A stretch of 64,000 nucleotides of DNA from the NCBI RefSeq assembly GCF_000281045.1, contig NW_008246073.1, positions 524,323 to 588,322 of the forward strand, written 5' to 3'. The stretch is from Saprolegnia diclina VS20. Its lineage: Eukaryota. The translations under genes and the position numbers were made by a program. Below are positions 23,232-34,198 of the stretch, piece by piece. Within the stretch, counting starts at the first letter, position 1. Every line of letters begins with the position of its first letter. Below the pieces are notes generated by a model. That model saw only the letters and a list, made by a program, of their open reading frames with translations, did no database searches and was not told where the DNA came from.

Positions 23232-25734
23232 ATGCAGACGCTCATGTCGCTTCGGTCCATGACCTCGTCCAACGAGAGCGACGAAGACCCGGCGTTGGCA
23301 GCTGCATGCGACGGTGACGAGATCCTCCTCGACCCCAACCGGTTTGTCCAGCGCAGCCAGTGGGTGCCGCACAGGTAGTGTGTACGAGCAGATTTGACCT
23401 CATCGAAGAGAACGTAGTGCGCGTAAGCAGTGCCTCGTATGCGCGCGCGACTTTACGCTCTGGCGCAAGAAGCACACGTGCCGCATGTGCGGCGACGTCG
23501 TTTGCAGCCGCTGCTCGATGCACAAGCGAGTCGATCTCCCGCTGATCGAAAACAAGTTTCGCGTTTGCACGTGCTGCTTCTTTGCCTACCGCCAAGGCCT
23601 CAAGCCTACGGCGCCATCGACCCTGCGCTGGCGCAATGACGACATCCGCGCCGAACTGCTCGCGATGGACACGACAACAGTGACGAAGCTCACTCCGGAC
23701 GCTACCGTCTTGTACGAGCCAGCACCGGTTCTCCTCTATGATCCCGCGCTGGACGATGAGTGTACGATGTCGCGACCGGGAAGCAACGAATGCGATGACA
23801 GCTCGGACGCCTCCATGACACTCGACGATATTTTGGACGAGGAAGACGCGGCCATGAACGCCCGGGAGCTCGAGCTTGAAGCTCAGGTACAAGCAAGTCG
23901 TCTCCGCGTCCAAGAGCTCGAGTCCAAGATTGCGTTGCAAGCGTCCAAGCAAGACTTGACGTTGCAGCAACAGCACGAGCTCCAAGAAGCCCGCAAGCTC
24001 ATCGTTGAGCTCACGCGACAGCTCAAGGCGCAAGAAGATCAAGTCCAGCTACGCATGACGTTTCGTGAAAGCTTGTGTGTGGAACCAAGCACGCAACGGT
24101 CGCGGCGAATGAGCGGCCCGACGCCGCAGCAGCGGCTTAAAGAAGATCTCCAGCTCTCGACAGACACGGTGAAATTGCGTCGACGGCTGCAGAAGATGGA
24201 GCGGCAGCTCAAGCAAGCCGGCATCAATGTGGCCGAAGACATCCCGTACGACGAAGCCAAGGAAAAAGTCGCCGAGATCTCAGCGCGCCTGCAGGAGATC
24301 GGGTCGTCCGAGATCGTTTGCGACGACAAGCAACTGCAAGCAGCGCTTCGTAAAGAGTACTTTCGACTTGAGCAGGACATGGAGCGCTACAACACGGCGC
24401 TTATGATGACGGACGAGTACATGGAAGCTGAGCGCCAGAAGGAGCTACAGTGGGAGCTGCAGCACTGCGCCACAAACGAAGCCGCGCTGCGGCAGCTCCG
24501 GTGCTGCATGCCGGTCAACCTCTCGGTGCTCACGGAGAAGGATTTGTCGGCGTGCATCGGCCCTGATTTGGCCAAGAAGCTCAAGCGCACCAACGTTCTA
24601 CAGCTACTGCGCGTGGACCCCAAGACGATCACGCGTATGCACCCTAGTGTCATCGAAGCCTACCGTCTCACGGGCCTCAGCGTTCTCGAGCGTCGAGCGC
24701 TACACGTTGTGCTCGCCACGCCTGCCGCCGAGTGGAAGAAGCAAGCGACGTCCGATGAACTCTCGGCGCGGAAGCTCGCCTGGTTCAAGAAGCTTCACGA
24801 CGCGCTCGTTGATGGCATCGGCCAGCTCGAGCTGCACAAGACTTCCACTCACGACTGCGGTCGGCGCCAGCAGTGCCCAGCGGTCGTCGAATTAAAAGCG
24901 GAGGCTTTGTATACACGGCCCACGTCGAGTGTACCGTACCCCGCCGACGCCGTGTACTTTGTCCAAGACGTTGTGAAGAGTGATCCGGACGGGGCAGGCG
25001 AGAAGGCGCTTGCTGAAGTGCGCAATCAAATTCTGCTTGACCGCCGACAAAAGGAGCTCAAGGCCCACTATGGCAACTTGCGCCTCGTGACGCAGGCGCT
25101 TGGTGCGATGGACGATCTAGACGCGGCGCTGAGTCGCTTCGCCACTGCCGAGGCGGCACTCGTGCAGCGCCAATGCCTTGACCAATGGTCTTCGCTGCTT
25201 CTAGACGCCCGGGACGTCGTGCTCAGCATGGCCAAGCGCAGCGGCATGCACCTCAGCGGGAAGCGCGATCCTTCAAAGGACGATAGCGACCCGCGCGCGA
25301 CCGTCGAAGTTCACGTTGCCATGGACGTTTTGCACTACGTGGAGGCGATGCTTGAAGAGATCGAATTGGCGCTGCTCGTGGAGCCGACATCGGGAGCACG
25401 AACGCGAATCGTCGCGCAGCTCAAGGCCGTGCGTGACGTCAGCAGCGACCTCGGCGTCCGCAACCGGGCAATTGCTCCGACATACAGCGAGAAGACCACC
25501 CGCTTGAGCTGGAAGCAGCTGCAGGCGCCAGATTCGGTTGCCGTAACGACGCAAGCACCGACAGCGCCAACTACTACAACTGCTCCAAGTACAACTCGTC
25601 CTGCAGTGAGCTTTCTCGATGAAATCAAGGCCAAGAAGGCATCTGCCGCCAAGGCGCCGGTTGACATGCTCGCTGCCATCAAGGCCCGGCGACACAGCAA
25701 GCCAACATTGCTCGACGTGCCCAACTCGGCTTAG
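23232..25734 (+). CDS. FYVE zinc finger + coiled-coil protein with C-terminal WH2-like motifs
   Basis: After removing one intron: WVPHSARKQCLVCARDFTLWRKKHTCRMCGDVVCSRCS...RVCTCC. Heptad-rich middle; terminal FLDEIKAKK and MLAAIKARR. Confidence 0.87.
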
Positions 25735-25829
25735 GCTACTCCACATTCAGATCCGGCCAGATGCATGGCGTCTACAGCAGATCAGAATGTTAGATAAATG
25801 TGTTCGTGTTCTTAGTACAAGCGTCATTG

Positions 25830-27257
25830 CTAAACCATCCAGTCTCGGTCGTGGCATTGAAATGTGAGGTGTGTGGGTGTGCGGGCGAGGAGCTGCTGCA
25901 TAGCAACAAAGACGCCGATCTCGTCGACGGGCACACCGTTGATGGCTACAAGGCGGTCGCCGGCGCGGACGTTGCGTAGCTTTGTGGCCTTGCTCACGAC
26001 AAGCACAGTAGCCATCTGGACGTAGTAGTGCTTGAATTGCAAGCCCCAGACGTCGTCACCGTCCCACTCAATCGTGACCTCCGAGGGGCCTTCCTGGCGG
26101 AGCAAGAGCTTGTTGTTTTCGATGCAGGCTGCCAGATCGCACCGCGAAGGCTGCGCCACCGCAGGCTTCGCGCAGCCGTCCGCAATAATGTGCTCAAGGC
26201 GCTGAAACAGCAGCGAAACAGGCTTCTGAGCTGCCTGGAGAAAGTCGATACACGCCGGCAGCGTGAAGCGCTTCATTGGCACCTCGGCGATCGAGACAAG
26301 TACGTCGCCGACAGAAATGCAGTTGACCGCAGCTGCAATGCCCTCACCCGTGCAAAAGAGCACGGCGAGTTGGTTCGCGCTATTCTTGTGCAAGGCGATC
26401 CCAAGCGGCTCCCCGTACCACTGGACGAGCGTAAACACGTGCGCGCCGTCGCGGTGGTCCATCGAAAGCGGAATGAACTCGCTCTTGCACACACCAGCGT
26501 CGTCGTCAGCGTCGTACGACCGTGACGACATGAGCATCGGCACAACGCTCTCACCCGTCTTGACTTGTGTCGCTCGGCGCGTCGACAAGGGCATCAAACT
26601 CGAACGGTTACTCGAAATCATGGCGTACTGCTGTGGGTCGTAATCGAAGAGACTGTCGCGGCTACCGTCGTCATCATCGTCGTAGTCATCGCGTAGACCA
26701 TCGCTCCAGTACGGTTCCGGCACGACGTCGATGCCGTTGAACTTTGTGCGAGTCATGGGTGGCGCCGTATCGATAAAGTCGGCCGCCGTCGACGGAGGTA
26801 CCTCTGGACCACTGCGAAACTTGCTCGGGAGGGTCGTTGCATTGCTCGGGACACTCACACTGGTAGCGACTGGCGGTGTTGGTGGCGGTGGCGTCGCATC
26901 GTACTCGACCGACGCGACGGGCATCGGGACGTCCGAGAGGCGCAGTGACGCCGCGTTGGAGGTGAAGCTGTCGTCGTTGTTGGAGTGGACTTCGCGGATC
27001 TGGCGCCGAAACGAGAGGATCGCTGGCTTCACAATGTTCTTGAGCAGCGCCATCGTTGCCTCAAAGCCAATGTCGATCGTTGAGTGCTCGTTGATGCCGA
27101 TGAGCTCGTCGCCATGCTGGATCTGGCGTAGGTCCGGGTTGCATTTTGCATCGGCCGCCTCTGTCTTGCCCTTGACGATGCTTTTGTTGCGGCGATTCTT
27201 GATAAGCAAGCCAAGGCTCTTGTCGTTCCACTTGGCCATGTACGTAATGTACGCCAT
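25830..27257 (-). CDS. Protein with three PDZ-like domains
   Basis: WNDKSLGL...GDELIGIN, WYGEPLGI...GDVLVSIA, WDGDDVWGL...GDRLVAING. Confidence 0.85.
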   Translation of the reverse strand: MAYITYMAKWNDKSLGLLIKNRRNKSIVKGKTEAADAKCNPDLRQIQHGDELIGINEHSTIDIGFEATMALLKNIVKPAILSFRRQIREVHSNNDDSFTSNAASLRLSDVPMPVASVEYDATPPPPTPPVATSVSVPSNATTLPSKFRSGPEVPPSTAADFIDTAPPMTRTKFNGIDVVPEPYWSDGLRDDYDDDDDGSRDSLFDYDPQQYAMISSNRSSLMPLSTRRATQVKTGESVVPMLMSSRSYDADDDAGVCKSEFIPLSMDHRDGAHVFTLVQWYGEPLGIALHKNSANQLAVLFCTGEGIAAAVNCISVGDVLVSIAEVPMKRFTLPACIDFLQAAQKPVSLLFQRLEHIIADGCAKPAVAQPSRCDLAACIENNKLLLRQEGPSEVTIEWDGDDVWGLQFKHYYVQMATVLVVSKATKLRNVRAGDRLVAINGVPVDEIGVFVAMQQLLARTPTHLTFQCHDRDWMV

Positions 27258-27698
27258 GTTGGACCGCGCCGAGTCGGCTACGCATGGTCGTGAGCGCATA
27301 TTTGTCGCACTAGAGTCTACTGACTGGATGTTGTTGATGCGATCGAAATTGACGTGCGCAGCAGAAGAGCATTCTCTAGCGCGGGGTGGCGCTTCGCAGA
27401 CTCGTTCGGCTCAACCTAGTACGGGCTGTCGTCCCGTCTCGCTCCAAGCATGCGTCGTACCTGGGCTTTGGGGTCGATCACTGGAGCTGGCGGAAGGTCG
27501 CCCAATGGCGCTCGGCGCTTGCCATAGTCAAAAAGGTTGGACAGCCGCGTCATGGACTGCGATCGTGGTCGGGACTTGAATAAAAGGCAAATGCTGCCAG
27601 AAGGATATAAACTCACTGAACGGACCTTTACGCGCCACATGTCGCATGTCCAAGAGGCTTTCTTAGCAGACACGGATGTGTTATTGACGCCAATATTG

Positions 27699-29192
27699 CT
27701 ACAAAGATACACTGGCCTCGGAAGCACCCGAGGCGCGTAGGAACTCGAGGCGGATCGGTTTGGGCAGAGTTTGGAGAAAGTGGATCGACTGCTGGTACCC
27801 GATGCGCGCCGTCTCAAAGCCATTGATGACCACGAGCTCGTCACCAACTGCAAATTTCGATGCCAAGTCCGCGGGCGGAATCCCCACTTGCGTCACAAGC
27901 AGGCGAGAGTTCACGAACTTCAACGTCAGGCCGAGGGTGCCTTGGCGCCAGCGTACTTTGTAGTATCCTGTTGCCGCTGGCACAGGAGCTTTTGGCGTCT
28001 TGGTGTCCGGCTTTTTAGCAGCAGGTGCTGAGGTATGACCTCCACCCGTGAAGCCCGAGATGACGAAGTCGATGAAGTTACCGAACCCAAGAGGTTGGAC
28101 GGGCGCGACGACCGTTGGCGCAGGCGGAAGTGGCGTGAGGGCTGACGTTGCGGCAGGAGGTACAACGACGCTCGCCGCAGGCGTGGATGCAACGATCATG
28201 TGCGGTACAAGGATGGGCTGGCGCTCTGGAGTGTACCCGGCGACGTTGTACTGCACCGGCAGATACAGCGGATGGGTTGATGGGGCTCCTACCATTGCGG
28301 AAGTTGATTCAGTCGGTGGCTGAGTAACGACGGCAGTGGTTGAGGGGGATCGCGGCGCCGGTGGATTGGGTGTCGACGGTAGCGGTTCAATTGCGGTCGA
28401 GCTTCTCGGAGACTTGGCGCCCGGCGGGATTTTGAAGAGGTTTTGCCAGCGCGCGGGGGGTGCTTTTGGCCGTGGGCTACCCGTCAGTGACGGTGTTGCC
28501 ATCGTCGCCGCGTCTGTGCTTTTGGTCATTACGAAGCTGTCAAGCTGGTCTTCGAGGCTGGTCATCGTCGCCGCCTCAAGTGTGGCATCACTCGAGATAA
28601 ACAAGGCTTCGAGGTCCGCTGCTTTTGAGCAGTGGGGGCAGCGACAGTAGGCCAGCGACGAATGGCTCGATGCGGCAGACGCTGTCGACGCGATGGGTGA
28701 GGCGTCGTTGTGGTCGTGAGTGTCTGCCAAGAGCGATACGAGCGTCTGGTACACTTCATCGGACGTCAGCAACGAGGACTCGGAGTCGACGACGGTCTGT
28801 GTTGGGCTGCGGGCGAATATGAGCGACGCTGGTCTCGGGACGGAGTGCAGCAGCTGCATGACGCTTGCGTAGTCACACCAGAGCACCAATTGACCATTGA
28901 CAGCCAAGAGAACGTCGCCCGCATTGACTTCATCGCACGCCGACGCCTTCACAACTGTCCGTCCATTTTCGTTGATGAGCGTAAGTCCAAGTGGCCCCGC
29001 TCCCCAAGAAACCTCGACTTGCGTCAACTGCGCAAGCTCGTGTTGCAACAAGAGTCGCTCCGAGCTCAGCGAGATGTCTTGAATTGACTGTCGTCGAAAG
29101 AGGCTCTTGCGCTGCAGCTTCTGCAACGTCGCGGGGCTAGGCGGCGCGTCGGCAACTCGCGGCTCCATGGCAGTGCGCTGACTGGTTTTCAT
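27699..29192 (-). CDS. Protein with two PDZ-like domains and a Pro/Ser/Thr-rich linker
   Basis: WGAGPLGL...GDVLLAVNG and WRQGTLGL...GDELVVING. Confidence 0.85.
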   Translation of the reverse strand: MKTSQRTAMEPRVADAPPSPATLQKLQRKSLFRRQSIQDISLSSERLLLQHELAQLTQVEVSWGAGPLGLTLINENGRTVVKASACDEVNAGDVLLAVNGQLVLWCDYASVMQLLHSVPRPASLIFARSPTQTVVDSESSLLTSDEVYQTLVSLLADTHDHNDASPIASTASAASSHSSLAYCRCPHCSKAADLEALFISSDATLEAATMTSLEDQLDSFVMTKSTDAATMATPSLTGSPRPKAPPARWQNLFKIPPGAKSPRSSTAIEPLPSTPNPPAPRSPSTTAVVTQPPTESTSAMVGAPSTHPLYLPVQYNVAGYTPERQPILVPHMIVASTPAASVVVPPAATSALTPLPPAPTVVAPVQPLGFGNFIDFVISGFTGGGHTSAPAAKKPDTKTPKAPVPAATGYYKVRWRQGTLGLTLKFVNSRLLVTQVGIPPADLASKFAVGDELVVINGFETARIGYQQSIHFLQTLPKPIRLEFLRASGASEASVSL

Positions 29193-29989
29193 CTCGGTCG
29201 CGTGTAGAGGTTTGGGCGCACCACATGGTGATCACATTGTGCAGGCCGATTGCGCGCGATGCTTGCAGAACGCTCGCTGCGGCGCTGAAGAATATGTATG
29301 AAGATATAGCGAGTGTGGAGGGTACCATGGTAGCTGCGCGCTAGTTTCGCTTTTACCGTGAGCAAACTGGACGTGCTCGCAGCTACAGCTGGCGGCGATA
29401 CTAGTATTTCGGTGCTCGATCCATGAAAGCGCCACGAGTGCATCGTTGGTCGCCCACCTCAGAGTGGGCGCCAGTGTATAATCGACAGCCCAGGACGACG
29501 GAGATGGCAACGACAAGTGCACGGACGCGTACGCACACAGTGCTAGAGGGGCACCACTCATGGCGACAAGAGCACGGTCTGGAGGGCTCGTGCTCGTGTA
29601 CCTCGTGTACCTAATTCGAGAGCGAGAGCGCCAACGCTGCTATGAAACATCTCGGTGGCGCTGTGTCCCACGACTTTGTCATGGCCGCTCCCGTTGGCTC
29701 CAGCCAGCACTTCGACGTAGCAAGGGTATATAAGAGATGCCTTGGACGTAGTAGCTTTCATGGGTTCTTACCGTCGTCTTGGTGCTGCTTGTGAAGAAAA
29801 CAGAGTCGAGACCGTGTCGACAAGGTCGCGATGCACTGCGGATGCCCCAAGAGTCGCGTCTGCTTCGGTAGCACGCTTGTCAAGGTCAAGAGTAGAAAGT
29901 CGACACAAAGAGGCGCTTGGATTACGATGAGTTCATAATAAATACAGTACGTAGTACGAACTCGGCGTCTTGAAAAGAGCAGGCACCGC

Positions 29990-32900
29990 CTAGGCGGCGG
30001 CATTGGCGTCTGCGAGCGCCTGACGACGGAAGACGAGGAACGTCGGCTTGCGCACCGATTGCATCACCTGCGACGCGGCCGCGAGCGAGAGGTTCCGGAC
30101 ACGAACGTCGGCGACGGAAATGAGCACGTCGCCGCGACGAATCAAGTCCGACTGCGCCGAAAGCCCATCGCCAGTAAAGTCCTTGACAAAGTTCTCGTCC
30201 TGCGCGTTCTTGCGCACCACGATGCCGAGAGGGCCGCCTTCCCAGACAACAGAAAAGATGGCACCGGCCTTGGCCTCGGACGAGCTCGGGCTGCCGTGGG
30301 CGTCGTCCACCGATGTCGAGATGCCGCGCGCCGACGTCGGGACCATGTCAATCGACACCTGCGAGCGCCGGTCGATGGGCGCGCGCAAAAAAACAAGCGA
30401 CACGGGCGTCGGCGTCTCCTTCAGGACGCGCGACGTCTCCTCGAGCGTGGCTTGACGCACAGTGATGTTGCCAACGGCGACGAGGACGTCGCCCACGTTA
30501 ATAATGTCCGACTCGCCCGCGAGGCCACCCCCGGTGAGCGCCATGACGCATACCTCGTCATGGCGGTTGAGCTTGATCGCAATGCCAAGCGGACCGCCTG
30601 TCCAGATAATCGAGTAGAGTGTGCTCATCGCGTCGTCCTGATTGGTCAGGACCATCGGGTTTGCGTCAGATGCACGGTCCGTCATCGCTGACACGTCGGA
30701 CGCGCGATCCGTAAAACTCGGCGCCAACTCGCGTGTCGTGTCGTCCAAGTGGTCAGCGAGAGGCACGGCCACCGGCATGTCTTCCATTGCGGCTGTCGGC
30801 GTCAGTACCGTCGAGTGCATCGGCGAGTGCGCCGACGAGAGCGGCGACTGGAGCGGGGTCATGACCTCAGGCGACTGCATGGGTGTGAACACGGGCGCGG
30901 GCGACATGACGGGCGACATGACGGGCGACATGACGGGCGACGGGAGTGCTTGGGGCGTCATGATGACCGAGAGCGGCGCGTAGGCTCCACTGAGAGCCGG
31001 CGATGCCAAGGGCGAGTCAATTGCAACGCACACAGACGGCGGCTGGATGCTGACGCGGGGCGCCAGCAGCGGGCTCTCGGGCACAAGAAGAGCTGGAGGT
31101 GCGGGGTCGCGTACCACCGGGCGTCGAAGGACCTCAATACTTTTGGCAGCCGTCACACGCGTTTCAATCGCTTCGGTGGGCGGTGACACCGCCACTGTGA
31201 CGATGGTCGGTAGCTCTTCCTGGGCGACGAAGGGGGCTTCGACAGATGCAGGCGCTTTGTCGGCAACGACGGGTGTTTGGACGTCGGCACCAGCAACGGA
31301 CGTATCGGGGATCGGAAGCACAGCCTTGTTGACACTGTTCAGTTGCGCCGGCTGGTGCACAACGACCGGTGACGGACGGCGCTCAAAGACGAGGGCGGCG
31401 GGTTTCTGGATGCACTTGAGAAAGTCCACAGTGCCCGCGAGGCCAAGCGGCTTGGCTGGGACACCCGTCACCGAGACGAGGACGTCGCCCACTACGATCG
31501 CGCCCGACTCTTCCGAGAGGCCCTTGCCCGTCACCTGGGCGACATACACGTCGTCCGTGTCATTAAGCTTGAGGACAATGCCGAGAGGCCCGGTCTTCCA
31601 GAGGAGCGAGTAAACCACGGGCCCGGAAGATGACGGCTCGTCATCGATGACAACTTCGGCGTCGTCGTCATCATCATCCAGGGCGCCCTTGCAGAAACGG
31701 AGCGTGATCGGCTTTGGACCCTTCATCGCCTGGAGCGACGCCGCGTACCCGACGTCTGCAACGAGGACGCCGTTGACAGCGATGAGCTCGTCGCGCGCTT
31801 GAATTTGCGCCAAGTTGGGGTCCGTCGCCGTGCCGGTGGTCTCGCGAACCACGGCATGGACGTCATCCTCCAAATGAATAACGACACCGAGCTTGCCCCG
31901 CGTCCAGACGACTTGGTACTCCGCGTCGAGGACCGGCGTTTCCTCTGAAATCGACGACTGCGTCTGCAGCAGCACGGGCGGCTGCAAAAACGTTTCTCCG
32001 AGCGTACCGGGAAGCACCACGGTTGTGCCCGTCGACCGCTCGAAATCTGGCAGCGCCATCATCGCAATGGACTGCTGGTCGCTCGCATCGTCTCCAAACG
32101 AGTCCTTCGGGGATGGCAGCGGCGACGGAACGGGAGCTCGCGTCGGTGCTGCGAGGACGGGTGCTACAACGTCGGGTTCAACCTTGGCTGTCGACGGCTG
32201 GCGCGCCCTGCGGTGCTCAAAGTCAAGAACAGCGGGCTTTTGGATACACTGAAGAAAGTCGACCGTGCCTGCGAGACCAAGCGGCGCAGTTGGCACGCCC
32301 GTGACAGCCACGAGGATGTCGCCGACGGCAATCTTGCCGGATGTCGCCGAGAGGCCCTTGTTGGTGAGCTGCTGCACAAAGATTTCGTCGTTCTTGTTCT
32401 TCTTGAGAACGATGCCCAGGGGACCCGTCTTCCACACGAGCTGGTACGGCTCGGCAGGTCCGTCCGCCTCGACCATTGTGTCGATGAGCGTCCCCGAGGC
32501 CATCGCGCGGCGGAAGCGGAGATGGATCGGTTTCTTCCCGCGCATGCGGAGGAGCGCTTCGTTGTAGCCAATCGAGGCCACGGATGCATCGTTGACGTAG
32601 AGGAGCTCGTCGCGCGGTTCGATTTGACCTGTGCTCGGGTCGGAGCTTGGCGTTGTGCGCTCCTTGACGACAGCGCGGCCGCCTTCTTCGAGGTGGATCA
32701 CGACCCCAAGTTTGCCTTGGGACCACGTGACGTTGTACTCGTTCGCGAGCAGTGGTGGCAGTGCAAACGCCGTCGGAATCGTCATCGCCTTGGAGCCACG
32801 CCGTGGCCGCTCCGGCTCGGGTTCCGTAGCCTCGGGCTCTGGGACGACGGCCGGCACCGATCGCGCAGGTTCGACGCGGAGAGGGGGCTCAGGTTTCGAC

Positions 32901-33787
32901 GGCGATCGAAAAGTAAGCGTAAGCGGCAAGTCCCGCTCGCTAAGCCGTGCTTTTACTTGGTCCCAGCTCATGGACGTGCAGTCCTCCCAGTTGATGGCCA
33001 CAAGCACATCATTCACGGACGCCGACGACAGACCAGCCGTCGTCTCCACTTTGTCCGACTGGTCTTCAACGCGCTTGATGACAGCTTGCTGCTTCGAGTT
33101 ACAACGCAGCGCGACGGCCAGTGAGTCACGGTGCCAAATGAGATCGTACTCGGCCTTCGCCGACGACGCTCTGAGCACCGAACCAGATGTCGACGATGAC
33201 GATTGCTGTCGCGTTGACGACGAGGACGCTTGACGCGACGACGCGCGAGGTTGGGATGGCATGCGAGGCACCGGTTCCGCAGACACCTGGCGCGTGCGCG
33301 AGTCCGACGACGACGGATGTCGCCTCTGGCTATCTTGTGACGGTTGGCGGTGCGTCCGTTGGTCCTGATGTGACGGCGCACGCTGCACAGGTGCTTGGTG
33401 GTGTTGAGGTGCCTGCTGCTGTAGGTGATACTGCAGAGGTGCGGGGTGACTTGACTGTGGGTAGTGCTGTGGCGGCTGCACATACTGGGGTGGCTGTTGC
33501 TGGTATTGCGGCTGCTGGTGTTGCGGCTGCTGGTATTGCGGCTGCTGGTATTGCGGCTGCTGGTATTGCGGAGGTTGGTGCTGGTATTGTGGAGGTTGCT
33601 GCTGGTATTGCGGAGGTTGCTGCTGGTATTGCGGCTGCTGGTACTGCAGCGGGTCGACCTGGTACTGCGGCTGCTGCGGGTTGGCCTCCTGCCTGCCGGC
33701 GCGGCGCGGCTCGTGGCGGCCTCGATCCACGTCGAGGACGTTGCCGTACCCAGACGTCTTCTTCTTCAACGCTCGGTAGTTCTGCAT
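29990..33787 (-). CDS. Multi-PDZ scaffold (seven PDZ-like domains) with a Q/P/Y-rich N-terminus
   Basis: Seven W-x2-G-(P/K)-LG-type starts (the first degenerate), each followed by a (G/R/N)D-x-L motif; single long ORF. Confidence 0.9.
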   Translation of the reverse strand: MQNYRALKKKTSGYGNVLDVDRGRHEPRRAGRQEANPQQPQYQVDPLQYQQPQYQQQPPQYQQQPPQYQHQPPQYQQPQYQQPQYQQPQHQQPQYQQQPPQYVQPPQHYPQSSHPAPLQYHLQQQAPQHHQAPVQRAPSHQDQRTHRQPSQDSQRRHPSSSDSRTRQVSAEPVPRMPSQPRASSRQASSSSTRQQSSSSTSGSVLRASSAKAEYDLIWHRDSLAVALRCNSKQQAVIKRVEDQSDKVETTAGLSSASVNDVLVAINWEDCTSMSWDQVKARLSERDLPLTLTFRSPSKPEPPLRVEPARSVPAVVPEPEATEPEPERPRRGSKAMTIPTAFALPPLLANEYNVTWSQGKLGVVIHLEEGGRAVVKERTTPSSDPSTGQIEPRDELLYVNDASVASIGYNEALLRMRGKKPIHLRFRRAMASGTLIDTMVEADGPAEPYQLVWKTGPLGIVLKKNKNDEIFVQQLTNKGLSATSGKIAVGDILVAVTGVPTAPLGLAGTVDFLQCIQKPAVLDFEHRRARQPSTAKVEPDVVAPVLAAPTRAPVPSPLPSPKDSFGDDASDQQSIAMMALPDFERSTGTTVVLPGTLGETFLQPPVLLQTQSSISEETPVLDAEYQVVWTRGKLGVVIHLEDDVHAVVRETTGTATDPNLAQIQARDELIAVNGVLVADVGYAASLQAMKGPKPITLRFCKGALDDDDDDAEVVIDDEPSSSGPVVYSLLWKTGPLGIVLKLNDTDDVYVAQVTGKGLSEESGAIVVGDVLVSVTGVPAKPLGLAGTVDFLKCIQKPAALVFERRPSPVVVHQPAQLNSVNKAVLPIPDTSVAGADVQTPVVADKAPASVEAPFVAQEELPTIVTVAVSPPTEAIETRVTAAKSIEVLRRPVVRDPAPPALLVPESPLLAPRVSIQPPSVCVAIDSPLASPALSGAYAPLSVIMTPQALPSPVMSPVMSPVMSPAPVFTPMQSPEVMTPLQSPLSSAHSPMHSTVLTPTAAMEDMPVAVPLADHLDDTTRELAPSFTDRASDVSAMTDRASDANPMVLTNQDDAMSTLYSIIWTGGPLGIAIKLNRHDEVCVMALTGGGLAGESDIINVGDVLVAVGNITVRQATLEETSRVLKETPTPVSLVFLRAPIDRRSQVSIDMVPTSARGISTSVDDAHGSPSSSEAKAGAIFSVVWEGGPLGIVVRKNAQDENFVKDFTGDGLSAQSDLIRRGDVLISVADVRVRNLSLAAASQVMQSVRKPTFLVFRRQALADANAAA
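33480..33680 (-). repeat. Coding tandem repeat QQP(P)QY (tggtattgcggctgc units)
   Basis: Visible in both DNA and translation. Confidence 0.9.
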
Positions 33788-34198
33788 CCCGCCCGACAAG
33801 AAATGCGCCGCGTTTGATATATTGCAGCCGCAATATTAATATTGAACGGTAAAGTGACCAACCCTGGGTCTGGCTCGTCCATACGCCAATCAGATCGTCG
33901 CATGCTATTTTTTCTCCTATTTTGCTCAAATCAGTCAGCGTTTGCGCTACAAATCCCTTGATATTCGACGCGCACGGCACCATTTTATTGCGCCGCGAGG
34001 ACGCCGTGAAATATATATTCGGTAAGACCCCGGGGCACCATTTCTGTGGGGCGCGAGGCAGGGCGCGATTGGATCCCGAAGGGGGCGTCCCGGGGCACCG
34101 CAGCTAGGGTTGGGGCTGTGGCAACGACGGGTGGAGTGGAGTTGCGTGACGCACACACTCACGAACGGCCAAAGTCGGGTCTGGGCTAACTTGGCTTG

